64,000 nt of DNA, taken from NCBI GenBank assembly GCA_963733035.1, contig CAVTBU010000006.1:640001-704000 (forward strand). The letters run 5' to 3'. This document shows positions 1 to 10,903 of this stretch, piece by piece (the stretch's first letter is position 1; each line of letters starts with the position of its first letter). The notes under the pieces are model-generated. The model was not told the DNA's origin and did no database searches. It saw nothing but the letters and a program-made list of their open reading frames with translations. The translations under genes were made by a program, and so were the position numbers. This DNA is from Pirellulales bacterium. GTDB lineage: Bacteria; Planctomycetota; Planctomycetia; Pirellulales; PALSA-1355.

Positions 1-2
1 GA

Positions 3-65
3 CTGAACTACGCACTTACTCCGTCGCACTTCTTCAACGAGCGGGCGATCAAGGCGCTGCAGTAA
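3..65 (+). CDS. 3' end of a gene truncated by the window edge (...LNYALTPSHFFNERAIKALQ*)
   Basis: Open frame from position 3 to TAA at 63-65, convergent with yebC; too short to identify. Confidence 0.4.
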   Translation: MNYALTPSHFFNERAIKALQ

Positions 66-114
66 CCGCCCATGGAATAGACGATTGCCGCGCCGACAGT
101 GTTCCGAGAAGCGC

Positions 115-864
115 CTAGCCTTCGATTTCGGCCATTGCTTCGTCAGGGATATTGAAGTTCGACACGACGGATTGGACGTCGTCGTGATCGTCGAGTCTTT
201 CCATCAACTGCAACACCCTACGCCCCGTTTCGACATCCAAATCGACGGTCGATTGCGGGATACGAGTGATTTCACTTCCGTCGATCGTGATATTCCGATC
301 GGCAAGTGCCGCGCCAATTTCGGCAAACACACTGGGATCGCAAGTGATCTCGTATTTATCGTCAACTCGCTTGACATCGTCCGCACCCGCTTCCAGGGCA
401 TGTTCCATCAGTGTTTCTTCATCGATTGAGTCGCCCGGAACGACGAATATACCCTTGCGATCAAACATCCAAGCCACGCAGCCGGTGGCACCCAGCTTGC
501 CGTCGGCGAGTTCGAATACTTTGCGAATTTCACCGGCGGTGCGGTTGCGGTTATCCGTCAGGATTTCGCAGAGCACCGCCACTCCACCGGCACCGTAGCC
601 CTCATAGAGGACCTCTTCCAGGTTGCCGTCGTCCAGTTCACCCGTCCCGCGCTTGATGGCTCGCTGGATGTTGTCTTTGGGCATGCTGATCGCTTTGGCC
701 GCGTCGATGGCGTAGCGGAGCTTGAGGTTGCTCGCTGGATCGCCACCGCCGCACTTGGCGGCCACGATGATCGCTTTGGAAAGCTTGCTCCAGACCTTGC
801 CTCGCTTATTGTCGACCAACGCTTTCTTGCGGGCGATGTTCGCCCAATGGGAATGACCTGCCAT
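115..864 (-). CDS. yebC: YebC/PmpR family protein
   Basis: MAGHSHWANI start; YEGYGAGGVAV, TDNRNRT and LDDHDDVQSV motifs. Confidence 0.96.
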   Translation of the reverse strand: MAGHSHWANIARKKALVDNKRGKVWSKLSKAIIVAAKCGGGDPASNLKLRYAIDAAKAISMPKDNIQRAIKRGTGELDDGNLEEVLYEGYGAGGVAVLCEILTDNRNRTAGEIRKVFELADGKLGATGCVAWMFDRKGIFVVPGDSIDEETLMEHALEAGADDVKRVDDKYEITCDPSVFAEIGAALADRNITIDGSEITRIPQSTVDLDVETGRRVLQLMERLDDHDDVQSVVSNFNIPDEAMAEIEG

Positions 865-882
865 TTGCCTCGCTCTTGCTGA

Positions 883-3246
883 CTACGGTTTCGCGTTCGC
901 CTTGCTTGAAACTTTGGGATCTGGTTCGGCGGGCGTCGGCTCGGGGACTGCTACTTTTTCGGTTGCTTGCGCTTCTGCGACTTTGATTTTCTCACTGACC
1001 TGCCGTGCCTCCTCGGGCTCACCATCCTGCTCGTAGACCGTAACCGCGCGGCGCCAAGTTTCGATGGCGTCGGCGATCTCGCCGCTTAGTAATTGCGCCT
1101 CGGCTAGATGGTCCAGGATCACGCCATCGGGCTCGGGCACGGCAGCCGCGACCTTGAGTTCGGCGACGGCCTCGGGGTAGCGCCCCAAGCGATACAAAAC
1201 CCAGCCCAGGCTGTCGCGGTAAGCCATATTCTTTGGGTCCTCGGCCACCGCCACTTGGATCATTTCCAAGGCGCGTTGCAGGTGCTTGCCGGCGTCGGCC
1301 CAAAGATAACCCAGGTCGTTAAGCGCACCGGCATCCTCGGGAAACTCGTCGAGCACTTGTTCGAGCCATTCCTCCGCCTGGTCCTGATCGCCCTGCATGG
1401 CGGCGATGTTTGAAAGCACGAGCCGCGCATCGCGCATCACGTCGCGTACATCAGGCGATTCATGGTTCTTGTCGTATTGGTCAAGCAAGGCGAGATAACT
1501 TTTGCGGGCATCGTCCAATCGCTTCGCGTGAAACTGAATCCAGGCGACGCGACTGGCAAACCGTGGCGAGTCCTGCTTGAGGTTGGCGGCCTCTTGCGCC
1601 CGCTGGATGGCGTCGTCCGTGCGGCCGTCCATTTCCAGGGCACCCGCCAGGTAGAAGCTGATCGCCGCGCTGTTTTCCGGCAACACTTTATCGTTCAAGG
1701 CCCGTTCGAAAACCTTGATAGCCCGCGGGTATTGGCCGGCGGCAAATAGGTCTAAACCCCAACTGACGAGGGCTTCGGCCGGTTTGACTCCCTCGGCTTG
1801 CATGGCGGCGTCAAACAACTTGTCTGCCGTATCGAATTCCTCCAACTTGCTGGCCACGAGGGCGGCGGCCATCCATTGTCCGTAGTCGAGTGCCGTCGGT
1901 TCCGCACCTTCGGCCGGTAGCCTTTTTTCCGCCTCGACCACAACCGACTCAGCAATCGGCTTGTCGGCCAGCAACTTGCTGCCCGATTGACCGAGAGGGG
2001 AGAGATTGCCGACTCTGCCCACAGAATTGCCTAACAGCGTCAATATCTTGGCGGGTTCATTCTCTTGGCGGTAGATATCGAGGAGCGCGGTAATGGCCTC
2101 TAGGGGTGGTCGTGTTTTTCGCTGTTCAATCAAGGTTTCAAGGATCGGCCGGGCCTTGTCGAGATCGCCTGCCGCACGATAGCGCTCCGCCAAAAAATAC
2201 GAGAGTGGCAAGTTCTCTGTATCGGTCGCTCGATACTTTTCCAATCGCGCTGCAAGTTGGTCTTCCTGTCCCAGCTCGCCGAGCACGTCGGCATACAACT
2301 CGTAGGGGCCGGTGCCTTGGTCGGAGAAATGTTTTTCCAGGTACGTGTCCAGCTTTGCCAAGGCCTGCGCGTGCTGTTTTCTCTCAGCCTCGGTGCGAGC
2401 CTGGTTGTACAGGTTTCGCGATTCCTCCGCCTTGAACTCGTTCGCCTTTTCAAAAGCCGTCGCCGCATCAGCGGGACGGTGAGCTTCAAGAAACGCCTCG
2501 CCGAACAATTGATAGGTAAGCTCACCCTTGTTCAAGAGGGCTTTTTCGACTTCCGAAGAAAGCCCAAATTCCTTGGGGCTATCCAAGGCCTGCATGACAC
2601 GAGCGAATTTCTCAGCCGCCCGGTCAAACTTTTTGGCGACAAAGTAGAGCCGGCCCATCTCCATATACATCAGTACGGCGTTGGCTGGCGGCTTCTCGTC
2701 CTTTTCGTCCTGCAGCGAGAGCGCCTTTTCATAGAGCCCTAGCGCGCGCTCCGTGTCGCCGTCCTCGGTTAGGTACATGGCCAGGCGACGCAGTAAGTTG
2801 GCGTCGTTCGGAGACCGCTCAGCCAAAATGATTGCATAGCGGACACCCTCTTCCTGGCGGTCGAGATTGAACGCCAGCGGTACGATCTCGCGAAGCGCAG
2901 CCAGCGCATCTGGGTCAAAGCGGTAGGCGCGTTCGTAGTTCTGAAGCGCCTCGGCGTAGTTCTGTTTCTGTTCCGCCACGCGGCCAGCGGCAAATAGTGC
3001 CAGAGCACGAATATGATCCTCCTCGCGTGGACTGCGCGGCCGCAAGGGCACGAAAGGTTCAGCCGGGTCTTCAAATTGCGATGCTTGCTGTGACTGTTCG
3101 ACGGGCACCGTTGGCGCTTTCGTCTCGTCGGCAGTCGCACGGACCGATCGCGCTGCCACAACCAGCGCGGCCAGACACATCAAGATCGCCACCATTGCCG
3201 GGTGAAAACCGGCCCGACGTTGTCGCCAGCGGATGATCAGGTGCAT
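883..3246 (-). CDS. Exported tetratricopeptide-repeat protein
   Basis: Multiple TPR-like helices; C-terminal ALNDLGYLWAD...AYRDSLGWVLYRLG repeat; hydrophobic signal-like segment. Start moved to the ATG at 3246. Confidence 0.85.
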   Translation of the reverse strand: MHLIIRWRQRRAGFHPAMVAILMCLAALVVAARSVRATADETKAPTVPVEQSQQASQFEDPAEPFVPLRPRSPREEDHIRALALFAAGRVAEQKQNYAEALQNYERAYRFDPDALAALREIVPLAFNLDRQEEGVRYAIILAERSPNDANLLRRLAMYLTEDGDTERALGLYEKALSLQDEKDEKPPANAVLMYMEMGRLYFVAKKFDRAAEKFARVMQALDSPKEFGLSSEVEKALLNKGELTYQLFGEAFLEAHRPADAATAFEKANEFKAEESRNLYNQARTEAERKQHAQALAKLDTYLEKHFSDQGTGPYELYADVLGELGQEDQLAARLEKYRATDTENLPLSYFLAERYRAAGDLDKARPILETLIEQRKTRPPLEAITALLDIYRQENEPAKILTLLGNSVGRVGNLSPLGQSGSKLLADKPIAESVVVEAEKRLPAEGAEPTALDYGQWMAAALVASKLEEFDTADKLFDAAMQAEGVKPAEALVSWGLDLFAAGQYPRAIKVFERALNDKVLPENSAAISFYLAGALEMDGRTDDAIQRAQEAANLKQDSPRFASRVAWIQFHAKRLDDARKSYLALLDQYDKNHESPDVRDVMRDARLVLSNIAAMQGDQDQAEEWLEQVLDEFPEDAGALNDLGYLWADAGKHLQRALEMIQVAVAEDPKNMAYRDSLGWVLYRLGRYPEAVAELKVAAAVPEPDGVILDHLAEAQLLSGEIADAIETWRRAVTVYEQDGEPEEARQVSEKIKVAEAQATEKVAVPEPTPAEPDPKVSSKANAKP

Positions 3247-3399
3247 GGAAACCTCGGGGGACGTTCTGAGGGCAAGCCGCGTGTGGCCAACCGCTCGGCG
3301 CTTCGAGCGGCTGGTGGCATTTCTCAAGCCATTTTCATTGTACCGCCCGGTCCAGAGTTGCCCCAACCTCAGCGGGTACGGGGAAGTCGAGACTTCCAA

Positions 3400-4314
3400 C
3401 TAGCGCGGTTTGCGTTTGGATAGTGCCTTGGCCGGAGTCTTCTTGGATGCCGTTGGCGACTTCTTCTTCGAAGTGGCTGCCGGTTTGGAGTTTCTGGTGG
3501 CCGACCTTTCTGATTTCTGCTTTTTGCCTGCGGCGGCTTCCTTGCGGGGATCGCGTTTGCCGTCCTTCTTCTTGGATCTTGCCGGTGGTTCTGCCGGTTC
3601 GGCTGGCGGCGGTTCTGTCGCTGCCTTTTTCGATGCACGTTTTGGGAATCGTTCCTTGGCGTCCGGAGCAATTGACAGCAACAGCTCCCGGACATTCGGC
3701 GAAAACGGAGTTTGGAAAAAGTCTGCACCCAGTTCGTGCAACAATGCCGCGAATTCCTGCCCCTTGCTTTTGGGAATCGCCCGTTCCATGCCCGGCACGT
3801 TGCCAGACTCGGCCTCGGTTTCACTGATCACACCGATCACGTAGAGCACGCCCAGGGTGCCCTTATCAATCGGAATGGCATGACCGCCCAGAGACATCTG
3901 CGTGGCGTAGGCGACGACGAACGGCGTACCACCCTGCAGCTTTTGCAGCCGCTTAACGGCCACTCCCAGGTTCTGCTTCTTGAGATGCTCCAGGTCGAAC
4001 GAGTAGTCCGACTCAAACACGCTTTGCAGGATTCCCTTAACCCGGCTGGCGGCGTCAGCAGCTGCCGGAAGGTGCGAGATGACCTCCGAAAGCTCCTTGA
4101 CGGTGCTGACTCGGATTTCGTTCCAGTCGAAGAACGCTCCTTTGAGCGTTTCAAACGCCTGGACGGCCGCGTCGTAGTGGGCGTTTTCCAAGCAGGCGGC
4201 AAATAGCAGCGAATCAAGCAGCACCTGGTCGCCTTTCACCGGCGTGTGCTTGAAGGTGCGCTTGAGCACTTTATGGGTTTTGGTAATAAGCGATGCGCGA
4301 TTAGTGGTACTCAT
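3400..4314 (-). CDS. HhH-GPD (endonuclease III-like) fold protein with a Lys/Ala/Pro-rich basic tail
   Basis: FFDWNEIRVSTVKEL and LGGHAIPID resemble Nth-family motifs; no FeS cysteine cluster; about 85-aa low-complexity, mostly basic C-terminus. Confidence 0.65.
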   Translation of the reverse strand: MSTTNRASLITKTHKVLKRTFKHTPVKGDQVLLDSLLFAACLENAHYDAAVQAFETLKGAFFDWNEIRVSTVKELSEVISHLPAAADAASRVKGILQSVFESDYSFDLEHLKKQNLGVAVKRLQKLQGGTPFVVAYATQMSLGGHAIPIDKGTLGVLYVIGVISETEAESGNVPGMERAIPKSKGQEFAALLHELGADFFQTPFSPNVRELLLSIAPDAKERFPKRASKKAATEPPPAEPAEPPARSKKKDGKRDPRKEAAAGKKQKSERSATRNSKPAATSKKKSPTASKKTPAKALSKRKPR

Positions 4315-4378
4315 GCCTGTCTCAACGGGTCACAAAAATTCAAAGGGGGGCGATTGGTGGCGGGCAGGGTCGTAGCTT

Positions 4379-4837
4379 CTAAGGTGCGTTCTCTTCGTCG
4401 TCGGGAGTATTGCGGTCTGCTCGTTGCTCGTCCGCGACATCGATTCGACCGGCATCGGCTTCGTCGGCGCCGGCCGCTGTGTCCTGCACGTCCGCCGGGG
4501 GCAGGACCGATTGCAAAATCTGACTGATCTCAATCGAACGCTTGACCCCCAAGTCTAGCACGAACGCCAGACGGGGGGTGTAGCGGGTGTCAATTCGCTT
4601 GGCGACCTTACTTTGCAGGAATCCCGCGGCATTTTGTAGGCCCCGCAGGCTGAGCTGCTGTTTCGTCTCGTCTCCCATCACGGACACATGGACCTTGGCT
4701 TGCCGCATGTCGGGCGAAACCTCGACGTATGTCACGGTCACGTCGCGAATGCGAGGGTCCTTCAGGTCCGCGATGATCGCCATGCTGACTACTTCGCGAA
4801 TCGCTTCAGCGGCCTTTTGCGTACGCCTGGAACTCAT
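4379..4837 (-). CDS. rbfA: Ribosome-binding factor A
   Basis: MSSRRTQK...LKDPRI...VTYVEVSPDMRQAKV...RYTPRLAF; directly after infB. Confidence 0.95.
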   Translation of the reverse strand: MSSRRTQKAAEAIREVVSMAIIADLKDPRIRDVTVTYVEVSPDMRQAKVHVSVMGDETKQQLSLRGLQNAAGFLQSKVAKRIDTRYTPRLAFVLDLGVKRSIEISQILQSVLPPADVQDTAAGADEADAGRIDVADEQRADRNTPDDEENAP

Positions 4838-5001
4838 GGCTTCCACCTCAGCGATTGCAAAATGCCACTCGGAAGATTGCCTGAGCCATGGGAAATCCGC
4901 CCACGTCGCGCGCAGCCGCCAACGTCGCCGCCCCCCCGAGACTCTTCCGGGCATCTGTCCCTGCGCTGAAACACTCAAATTCCCTGCCATGCCGGCCGCC
5001 G

Positions 5002-7641
5002 CTAGAACGTTCGAGCGACTTCCTCGACCTTGTAAAACTCGATGATGTCGCCTTCTTTCAAATCATTGAAGCCAGCCAGCTTGATACCGCATTCGAGCCC
5101 CTCGCGGACTTCGCGGGCATCATCCTTTTCTCGCTTGAGCGATTCTAGTGCGTAGTCGCCGATGATGCGGTTCTCGCGAATCAAACGAGCTCGAGCATTT
5201 CTCTGCACGAGCCCCGACAACACGCGGCAACCGGCGATTGTGCCAACGCGGCTGATTGTGAAAGTGCGCTGGACCAACGCGCGGCCTGTCTCGACTTCGC
5301 GTTGCTCGGGTTCGAGCATGCCTTCCAGGGCCGCCTTCAGGTCTTCAGTCAATTTGTAGATGATTTCGTAGCGACGAATTTGCACGCCCCGGTTCTCGCC
5401 CAGGACGCGAGCATTTTCATCCGGCACGACGTTGAAGCCAATAATCACCGCGTCCGATGCATCCGCTAGATGCACATCGGCTTCGGTCACGCCGCCCACG
5501 GTCGCCTGCAACACCTTGATTTTGACTTCCGGGTGCACGAGCTTGGTAAGTTCCTTCTGAATGGCTTCGATCGAACCACGGACGTCGGCACGCAGGATGA
5601 TGTTCAGCGTCTGCGCTTCTTTCTGGCCCAGCCGATCGAACAAGTTTTCGAGCGTGATGTGCACCGGCTTGACGCCCAGGGCGGCTCGGCGGCTCTTACC
5701 TTCACGTGTTTCGGCGATTTCGCGCGCCGTGGCGATATCGGGAAGTACGTAAAAGTGCTCGCCGGCGGCCGGGGCCACGTTCAAACCGGTGAGGTTTACC
5801 GGCAGGCTGGGACCCGCCTCTTGATGAAGGACGCTGGACTTCAGCGTGTCATACATCGCCTTGACGCGTCCAAACGCGGAGCCGCAAACAATTGCGTCGC
5901 CGATCTTGAGGGTCCCGTTCTGGACGATCATCTTCGAGACCACTCCTCGGCCTTCATGCAATTCAGCTTCGAGACACGTGCCGGTGGCGGCGCGATGCGG
6001 ATTGGCTCGATAGTCGCGCAATTCCGCCAAGGTGAGCAACGTTTCCAGTAGGTCATCGATGCCGGTACCGACCGTGGCACTCGTTTTCACGACTTCCGTG
6101 TCGCCGCCCCACTCGGTCGGCAGAAGCTCGGCAGACGCTAGTTGCTGATAAACGCGTTGTACGTCCACTCCAGGCAGGTCGATCTTGTTCAGCGCCACGA
6201 CGATCGGCACGCCAGCCGCCTTGGCATGGCTGATGGCTTCCTCGGTTTGCGGCATGATGCCGTCATCGGCGGCCACCACCAGCACGGCGATGTCGGTGAC
6301 GTTGGCGCCCCTCGCCCGCATCTCGGTGAATGCTTCGTGGCCCGGCGTGTCGACGAACGATATCTTTCGGCCGTCTTTTTCGATTTGATAGGCGCGGATG
6401 TGCTGCGTGATGCCACCGCTTTCACCGCTGACGACGTCAATTCCGATGATCTTGTCCAACAGCGACGTCTTTCCATGGTCGACGTGTCCCAGGAATGTGA
6501 TGACTGGCGGACGCGGTTCGAGCTGCGACGAGTCATCTTCCACTTCGAGAAGCTTGGCGAGAGTTGCTTCGCCCATGTCGACGGCGTGTTTGAAGTCCAC
6601 CTCCACGCCCAGTTCCACGGCCAGCAATTCGGCCATCTCGGGCTCGATTTCGGAATTAATGTTGCCCATCGTGCCCAGCCCGAGCAGTTGGCGCAACACT
6701 TGTTGTGCGGAAAGGCCGATCGCTTCGGAGAAGCTACGCACGGTGCAAGGCAACTCGAGAGTCACCTTGCTCTTGCGAGGTGCGGCGGTGTTCGTGCCGG
6801 TACGTCTGATCATCCTGGCCGATGAACGACGGCGGACGGGCGTCTCGTCGTCCTCTCCACGACGACCTTCATTACCGGCTCGACGACGATTCAATTGCCG
6901 TTGTTCGCGCCCCACCGGAGCGCTCTTTTCGTCCGGAGCGGCACCCGCTTTGCCGCGCCGCCCACGTTGCACGGGGGGGCCCGTGGCGTCGGCGGCCATA
7001 TCGCGACCGCGTCCAGGGCCGGCCGAGCGACCCGGACCAGCCGAGCGACCGACGGCAGGCGCCGTAGGTTCACCTGTCTCGTCGCGACGTTTGCCTTGCG
7101 TCTTGCGGACATGATCGATGAGCGGTTTGCTACCACCCCGATTGGCCGCCTTGATGGCATCGACCGGCAGCCGCAGGTCAGGTTTCTGAGCTTCCTGTTC
7201 CGGTACTGCCGCCGGCTCGGGTTGCGCGACATCTGGCAGCGGGGCGAGCTTGATCGCCGCAGGCCGGGGACTTGCCGGACGCGCAGGTGCGGCAACGTCG
7301 AGCTTCCGTTTCTTGCCATGTTCCCCGAGAACGGGGACGCGATCGCTGGTGGTGCCTCCCGGCGCGATGTAGTCTTCGCGTCGCACCGCTTCGGTCCCAG
7401 AAGTTGGCGAAGCGGTATCCGCCGATGCCAACTGCGAACTCGTAGCGCGCGGCTTCGCGCCGGCCGATTTGCCGCCCTGGCTGCCACCGGCGATGTAAGC
7501 CTTGACGCGCTCCACTTCGTCGTCGGTTAGACTGGCAAGCGCGGATCCCTTTCCGGTGACTCCGGCGCTGGTGCAAATGTCGACCAGGACTTTGCTGTCA
7601 AGTTTGAGTTCTTTCGCTAACGAATAAATACGTACGGGCAA
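5002..7641 (-). CDS. infB: Translation initiation factor IF-2
   Basis: [24 protein letters not shown] and NKID motifs; TTG start at 7641 ([11 protein letters not shown]) with GGGAGG SD upstream. Confidence 0.97.
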   Translation of the reverse strand: MPVRIYSLAKELKLDSKVLVDICTSAGVTGKGSALASLTDDEVERVKAYIAGGSQGGKSAGAKPRATSSQLASADTASPTSGTEAVRREDYIAPGGTTSDRVPVLGEHGKKRKLDVAAPARPASPRPAAIKLAPLPDVAQPEPAAVPEQEAQKPDLRLPVDAIKAANRGGSKPLIDHVRKTQGKRRDETGEPTAPAVGRSAGPGRSAGPGRGRDMAADATGPPVQRGRRGKAGAAPDEKSAPVGREQRQLNRRRAGNEGRRGEDDETPVRRRSSARMIRRTGTNTAAPRKSKVTLELPCTVRSFSEAIGLSAQQVLRQLLGLGTMGNINSEIEPEMAELLAVELGVEVDFKHAVDMGEATLAKLLEVEDDSSQLEPRPPVITFLGHVDHGKTSLLDKIIGIDVVSGESGGITQHIRAYQIEKDGRKISFVDTPGHEAFTEMRARGANVTDIAVLVVAADDGIMPQTEEAISHAKAAGVPIVVALNKIDLPGVDVQRVYQQLASAELLPTEWGGDTEVVKTSATVGTGIDDLLETLLTLAELRDYRANPHRAATGTCLEAELHEGRGVVSKMIVQNGTLKIGDAIVCGSAFGRVKAMYDTLKSSVLHQEAGPSLPVNLTGLNVAPAAGEHFYVLPDIATAREIAETREGKSRRAALGVKPVHITLENLFDRLGQKEAQTLNIILRADVRGSIEAIQKELTKLVHPEVKIKVLQATVGGVTEADVHLADASDAVIIGFNVVPDENARVLGENRGVQIRRYEIIYKLTEDLKAALEGMLEPEQREVETGRALVQRTFTISRVGTIAGCRVLSGLVQRNARARLIRENRIIGDYALESLKREKDDAREVREGLECGIKLAGFNDLKEGDIIEFYKVEEVARTF

Positions 7642-7742
7642 GTTTAAGCCCTCCCACTGCCTGTCGTGGCCAGCGCAAAAAAAGGCGGCCAAGACCTAAA
7701 ATGACGTTAATGCATGGACGAGTCTCCCTAAACGTGTTGGCC

Positions 7743-9119
7743 TCATCCGTCGGCCGAGGAGGGCGGCGACGAGGCCGACTCCTCAGACGAACTGCCCTCA
7801 CTTTCGCTTCCATCGGACGACGGCTCGGCGGTCGCTGCCTCGGTCGTTTCAGCCGTCTCCGTTTCACCTCGCGCCTCGCGTTCAGCTACTTCGGCCGCTT
7901 CAGCAGCGGCCGTCGCCGCGTCAATTCGCTCCTGTTCGCGTTGCCGACGACGCTCGAGCGCCGCGGCTTGTTCGGCCTCCTGGGCCTTGGCTTCGGCCTG
8001 CTCAACGATCAGATTGGCCTGCTCCTCAGTCAGCTCTCCCATCTCCATCAAGTCGTCCGGCTCGATGATGGATAGGTCGTCATACGACAAGAAACCTTCG
8101 CCGACCAACCGTTCGCTGAGACTTTCTTCCACTCCCTCGAGCGACGAGAATCCGACCACGGCCCGCTCGATCGATTCGTCGAGTTCCTCGCGGGTCATGA
8201 TTTCGATGTCCCAGCCACAAAGCTTACTGGCCAGCCGCACGTTCTGACCGCGCCGGCCGATGGCCAGCGAGAGCTGGTCTTCGCGGACAAGCACAATTGC
8301 CCGGCCGAGCATCTGGCACAAAATCACCTCTTCGACCTCGGCCGGCTGCAGGGCATTGGGAATCAACACCTGCAGGTCGTCACTCCAACGGACAATATCG
8401 ATTCGCTCACCGGCCAATTCATCGACGATGTTCTTGATTCGATTACCTCGCACTCCGACACAAGCCCCAACGCAATCAACACGCTGATCGGAACTGCTCA
8501 CCGCCACTTTGCTGCGGTAACCCGGTTCGCGGGCCATGGCCCGTACTTCAATCACGCCGTCAGCGATTTCCGGAATCTCCTGCTCAAATAGCCGCTGCAC
8601 CAACTGTGGTCGCGTCCGGCTGAGAATCACCTTCACCCGGCTTCCGGCTTTGCGAACTTCAAATACGGTTGCCCGCACGCGTTCGTTCGGATGGTGGGTC
8701 TCGCCCGGAATCTGTTCACTGCGGGGAAGGATTGCCTCAACATTCGTCAGCGAAACGGTGGCGGCGCCGCCTTCGTAACGCTGCACCACGCCGGTAATCA
8801 TTTGCCCGATCAATTCGTGGTATTCGTCGTACAGCGAGTCGCGTTCGGCTTCGCGGATCTTCTGGATCATCACCTGCTTGGCCGTTTGCGCCCCGATTCG
8901 TCCGACGGTTTCTTCGGGGTCGAGGGGAACGCCGTTGTGGGTGCCGCTGATCGAACCGTCCTTGCGGTCGATGTTCACGACAATGTCTTCCTCTTCGCCA
9001 TATTGTTTCTTGGCGGCCGAGACTAGCGCCGCCTCGATGGCCGTAAATACGATCTCCTTATCGACGTTCTTATCGCGATGGATGGCATCGACGATTCGCA
9101 GCAGTTCGTTGGCGTTCAT
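7743..9119 (-). CDS. nusA: Transcription termination/antitermination factor NusA
   Basis: [34 protein letters not shown] and [12 protein letters not shown] motifs. Confidence 0.97.
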   Translation of the reverse strand: MNANELLRIVDAIHRDKNVDKEIVFTAIEAALVSAAKKQYGEEEDIVVNIDRKDGSISGTHNGVPLDPEETVGRIGAQTAKQVMIQKIREAERDSLYDEYHELIGQMITGVVQRYEGGAATVSLTNVEAILPRSEQIPGETHHPNERVRATVFEVRKAGSRVKVILSRTRPQLVQRLFEQEIPEIADGVIEVRAMAREPGYRSKVAVSSSDQRVDCVGACVGVRGNRIKNIVDELAGERIDIVRWSDDLQVLIPNALQPAEVEEVILCQMLGRAIVLVREDQLSLAIGRRGQNVRLASKLCGWDIEIMTREELDESIERAVVGFSSLEGVEESLSERLVGEGFLSYDDLSIIEPDDLMEMGELTEEQANLIVEQAEAKAQEAEQAAALERRRQREQERIDAATAAAEAAEVAEREARGETETAETTEAATAEPSSDGSESEGSSSEESASSPPSSADG

Positions 9120-9336
9120 GGTTATTGGATCCCCTCGGGTAGCTCGAATTGTCGGGGTGAAGCCACGGGCAGAGTTCGTCGACCGGATTTCCGTGCACTT
9201 GGCGTGCGATCGCGAGAACGGTGGCCGCGGCCTTCCCTCAGCGAATTGTTAAAGGCAACTTTTCAGACGAGGTGTCTCTCCACAAAAACAGTCAAAGGGT
9301 GAAGTATTTCTACTACTTGCCGCCTGCTTCGCTCTC

Positions 9337-10575
9337 CTAATAGCTAGTTGTACGTCGCGACTCGGGCTGTGCGACCAAGTTCTCACCCGATTCGGCATCG
9401 AATACGTGCCGTCGGCTCTCCTCGACGCGAACCCACACTGGCAACCCGGCCCGCAAGCGGGCGCGTGCGTCCGCCTTACTAATTACGTAGATCCCTGCAT
9501 CTTCGTGCGTTTCGGAACTCCTTGGTTCTTCGGCAGTTCCGAGTTTCAGTTTGATCGTCGCCACGGTCGCGTCTCCGAGCATCTCAACGATTTCAACGAC
9601 CCCCCGTTGACCGTCGCGGACGGGCTCCGTCGACACGATCACGTCTTCGGGCCGAACGCCCAACGTGGCAGGCAATTTGTCAGACTCGGTCGGCCGGTTG
9701 ATACGGCAGCCGGCCAGCGAAACATGCCACGAGCCGCGCCGAAACATCCACTCACCGCCCACGCCATCGATTTCGCCTTCAATGAAATTCATTCCCGGCA
9801 TGCCAATGAAACCCGCCACAAAGCGATTGGCTGGATGGTCATATAGTTCCATCGGTGGTCCGACTTGCTGTATTTTTCCTCCATCCATCACGACGATCCG
9901 GTCTCCCAAAGTGAGGGCTTCGACCTGATCGTGCGTGACATATATCATCGTCGTAGCGAGCCGCTGGTGGAGCTGCTTCAGCTCGCGCCGCATTTCCACT
10001 CGCAGCTTGGCATCCAAATTCGAAAGTGGTTCATCGAACAGGAACACGGCCGGGTTGCGGACAATTGCTCGCCCCAGTGCCACCCGCTGCCGCTCTCCGC
10101 CCGACAATTGTCGCGGATAGCGCTCTAGCAGAGACTCGATGCCTAGGATACGGGCCGCCTGATGCACCCGCTCCGCAATCGCATACCGCCTGACTGCCAA
10201 CGCTCGCTTCTTTTCAGCCGAGAGCGCCCACCGCCACAACCTGCCTATTCCGCTTACTCCCTCGCGGAGTTCCAGCCCAAACGCCATGTTCCGGTACACC
10301 GTCATGTGCGGATACAAGGCGTAATTCTGGAACACCATCGCGACGTCTCTGTGCTTGGCAGCGACGTCGTTCACGAGGCGTGTCCCAATCGTGATCCTCC
10401 CGTCAGTGAGCTCTTCCAAGCCCGCGATCAGGCGGAGCGTCGTGGTTTTTCCACATCCGCTCGGGCCGACCAGCACGAGAAACTCGCGATCGTGAACTTC
10501 TAAACTCACTCCATCGACTGCTCGCACGCCACCGGCGTAAGCCCTCGACACGTTCTCGAGGTTCACACCCGCCAT
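9337..10575 (-). CDS. Carbohydrate ABC transporter ATP-binding protein (MalK/UgpC family)
   Basis: GPSGCGKTT, VFQNYALYPHM, LSGGERQR, DEPLSNLD, YVTHDQ motifs and a C-terminal TOBE-like region. Confidence 0.93.
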   Translation of the reverse strand: MAGVNLENVSRAYAGGVRAVDGVSLEVHDREFLVLVGPSGCGKTTTLRLIAGLEELTDGRITIGTRLVNDVAAKHRDVAMVFQNYALYPHMTVYRNMAFGLELREGVSGIGRLWRWALSAEKKRALAVRRYAIAERVHQAARILGIESLLERYPRQLSGGERQRVALGRAIVRNPAVFLFDEPLSNLDAKLRVEMRRELKQLHQRLATTMIYVTHDQVEALTLGDRIVVMDGGKIQQVGPPMELYDHPANRFVAGFIGMPGMNFIEGEIDGVGGEWMFRRGSWHVSLAGCRINRPTESDKLPATLGVRPEDVIVSTEPVRDGQRGVVEIVEMLGDATVATIKLKLGTAEEPRSSETHEDAGIYVISKADARARLRAGLPVWVRVEESRRHVFDAESGENLVAQPESRRTTSY

Positions 10576-10804
10576 GCCCAGTCGTCTCGATTAAACCTGC
10601 TATTCCCTAGAAACAATTTCCGCGCAAACCGTATCGCACCGAGGGGCTCCTCGACACGGTCGAAAGACCAAAAAACCTTTTCGGCAATCAACTTAGATAA
10701 ATCCGCAATCCGGTAAAGATACCGCCTGCCGCGTCGAGTGTCAAGGTGCTGGAATGGCCAGGGCGCGTCTCCCAGCACTATCCGATTCGCCCATTGGCGG
10801 GCTG

Positions 10805-10855
10805 AAAAAAGAGAAACCGGTCTGACTGCCGAGGGGAGGGCAGTCGGACCGGTTT
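10805..10855 (-). terminator. Rho-independent terminator
   Basis: 17-bp stem AAACCGGTCTGACTGCC/GGCAGTCGGACCGGTTT (one imperfect pair) followed by CTCTTTTTT on the minus strand, about 50 nt after the stop at 10904. Confidence 0.75.
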
Positions 10856-10903
10856 GAACCGGACTCTCGTACACCGAATAGCGGTCGAGGTCGGGGTTAC
10901 TCG

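Noticed and set aside
7010..7052. Short tandem repeat (GRSAGP x2) in infB
   Set aside because: Ordinary low-complexity variation in the IF-2 N-terminal linker
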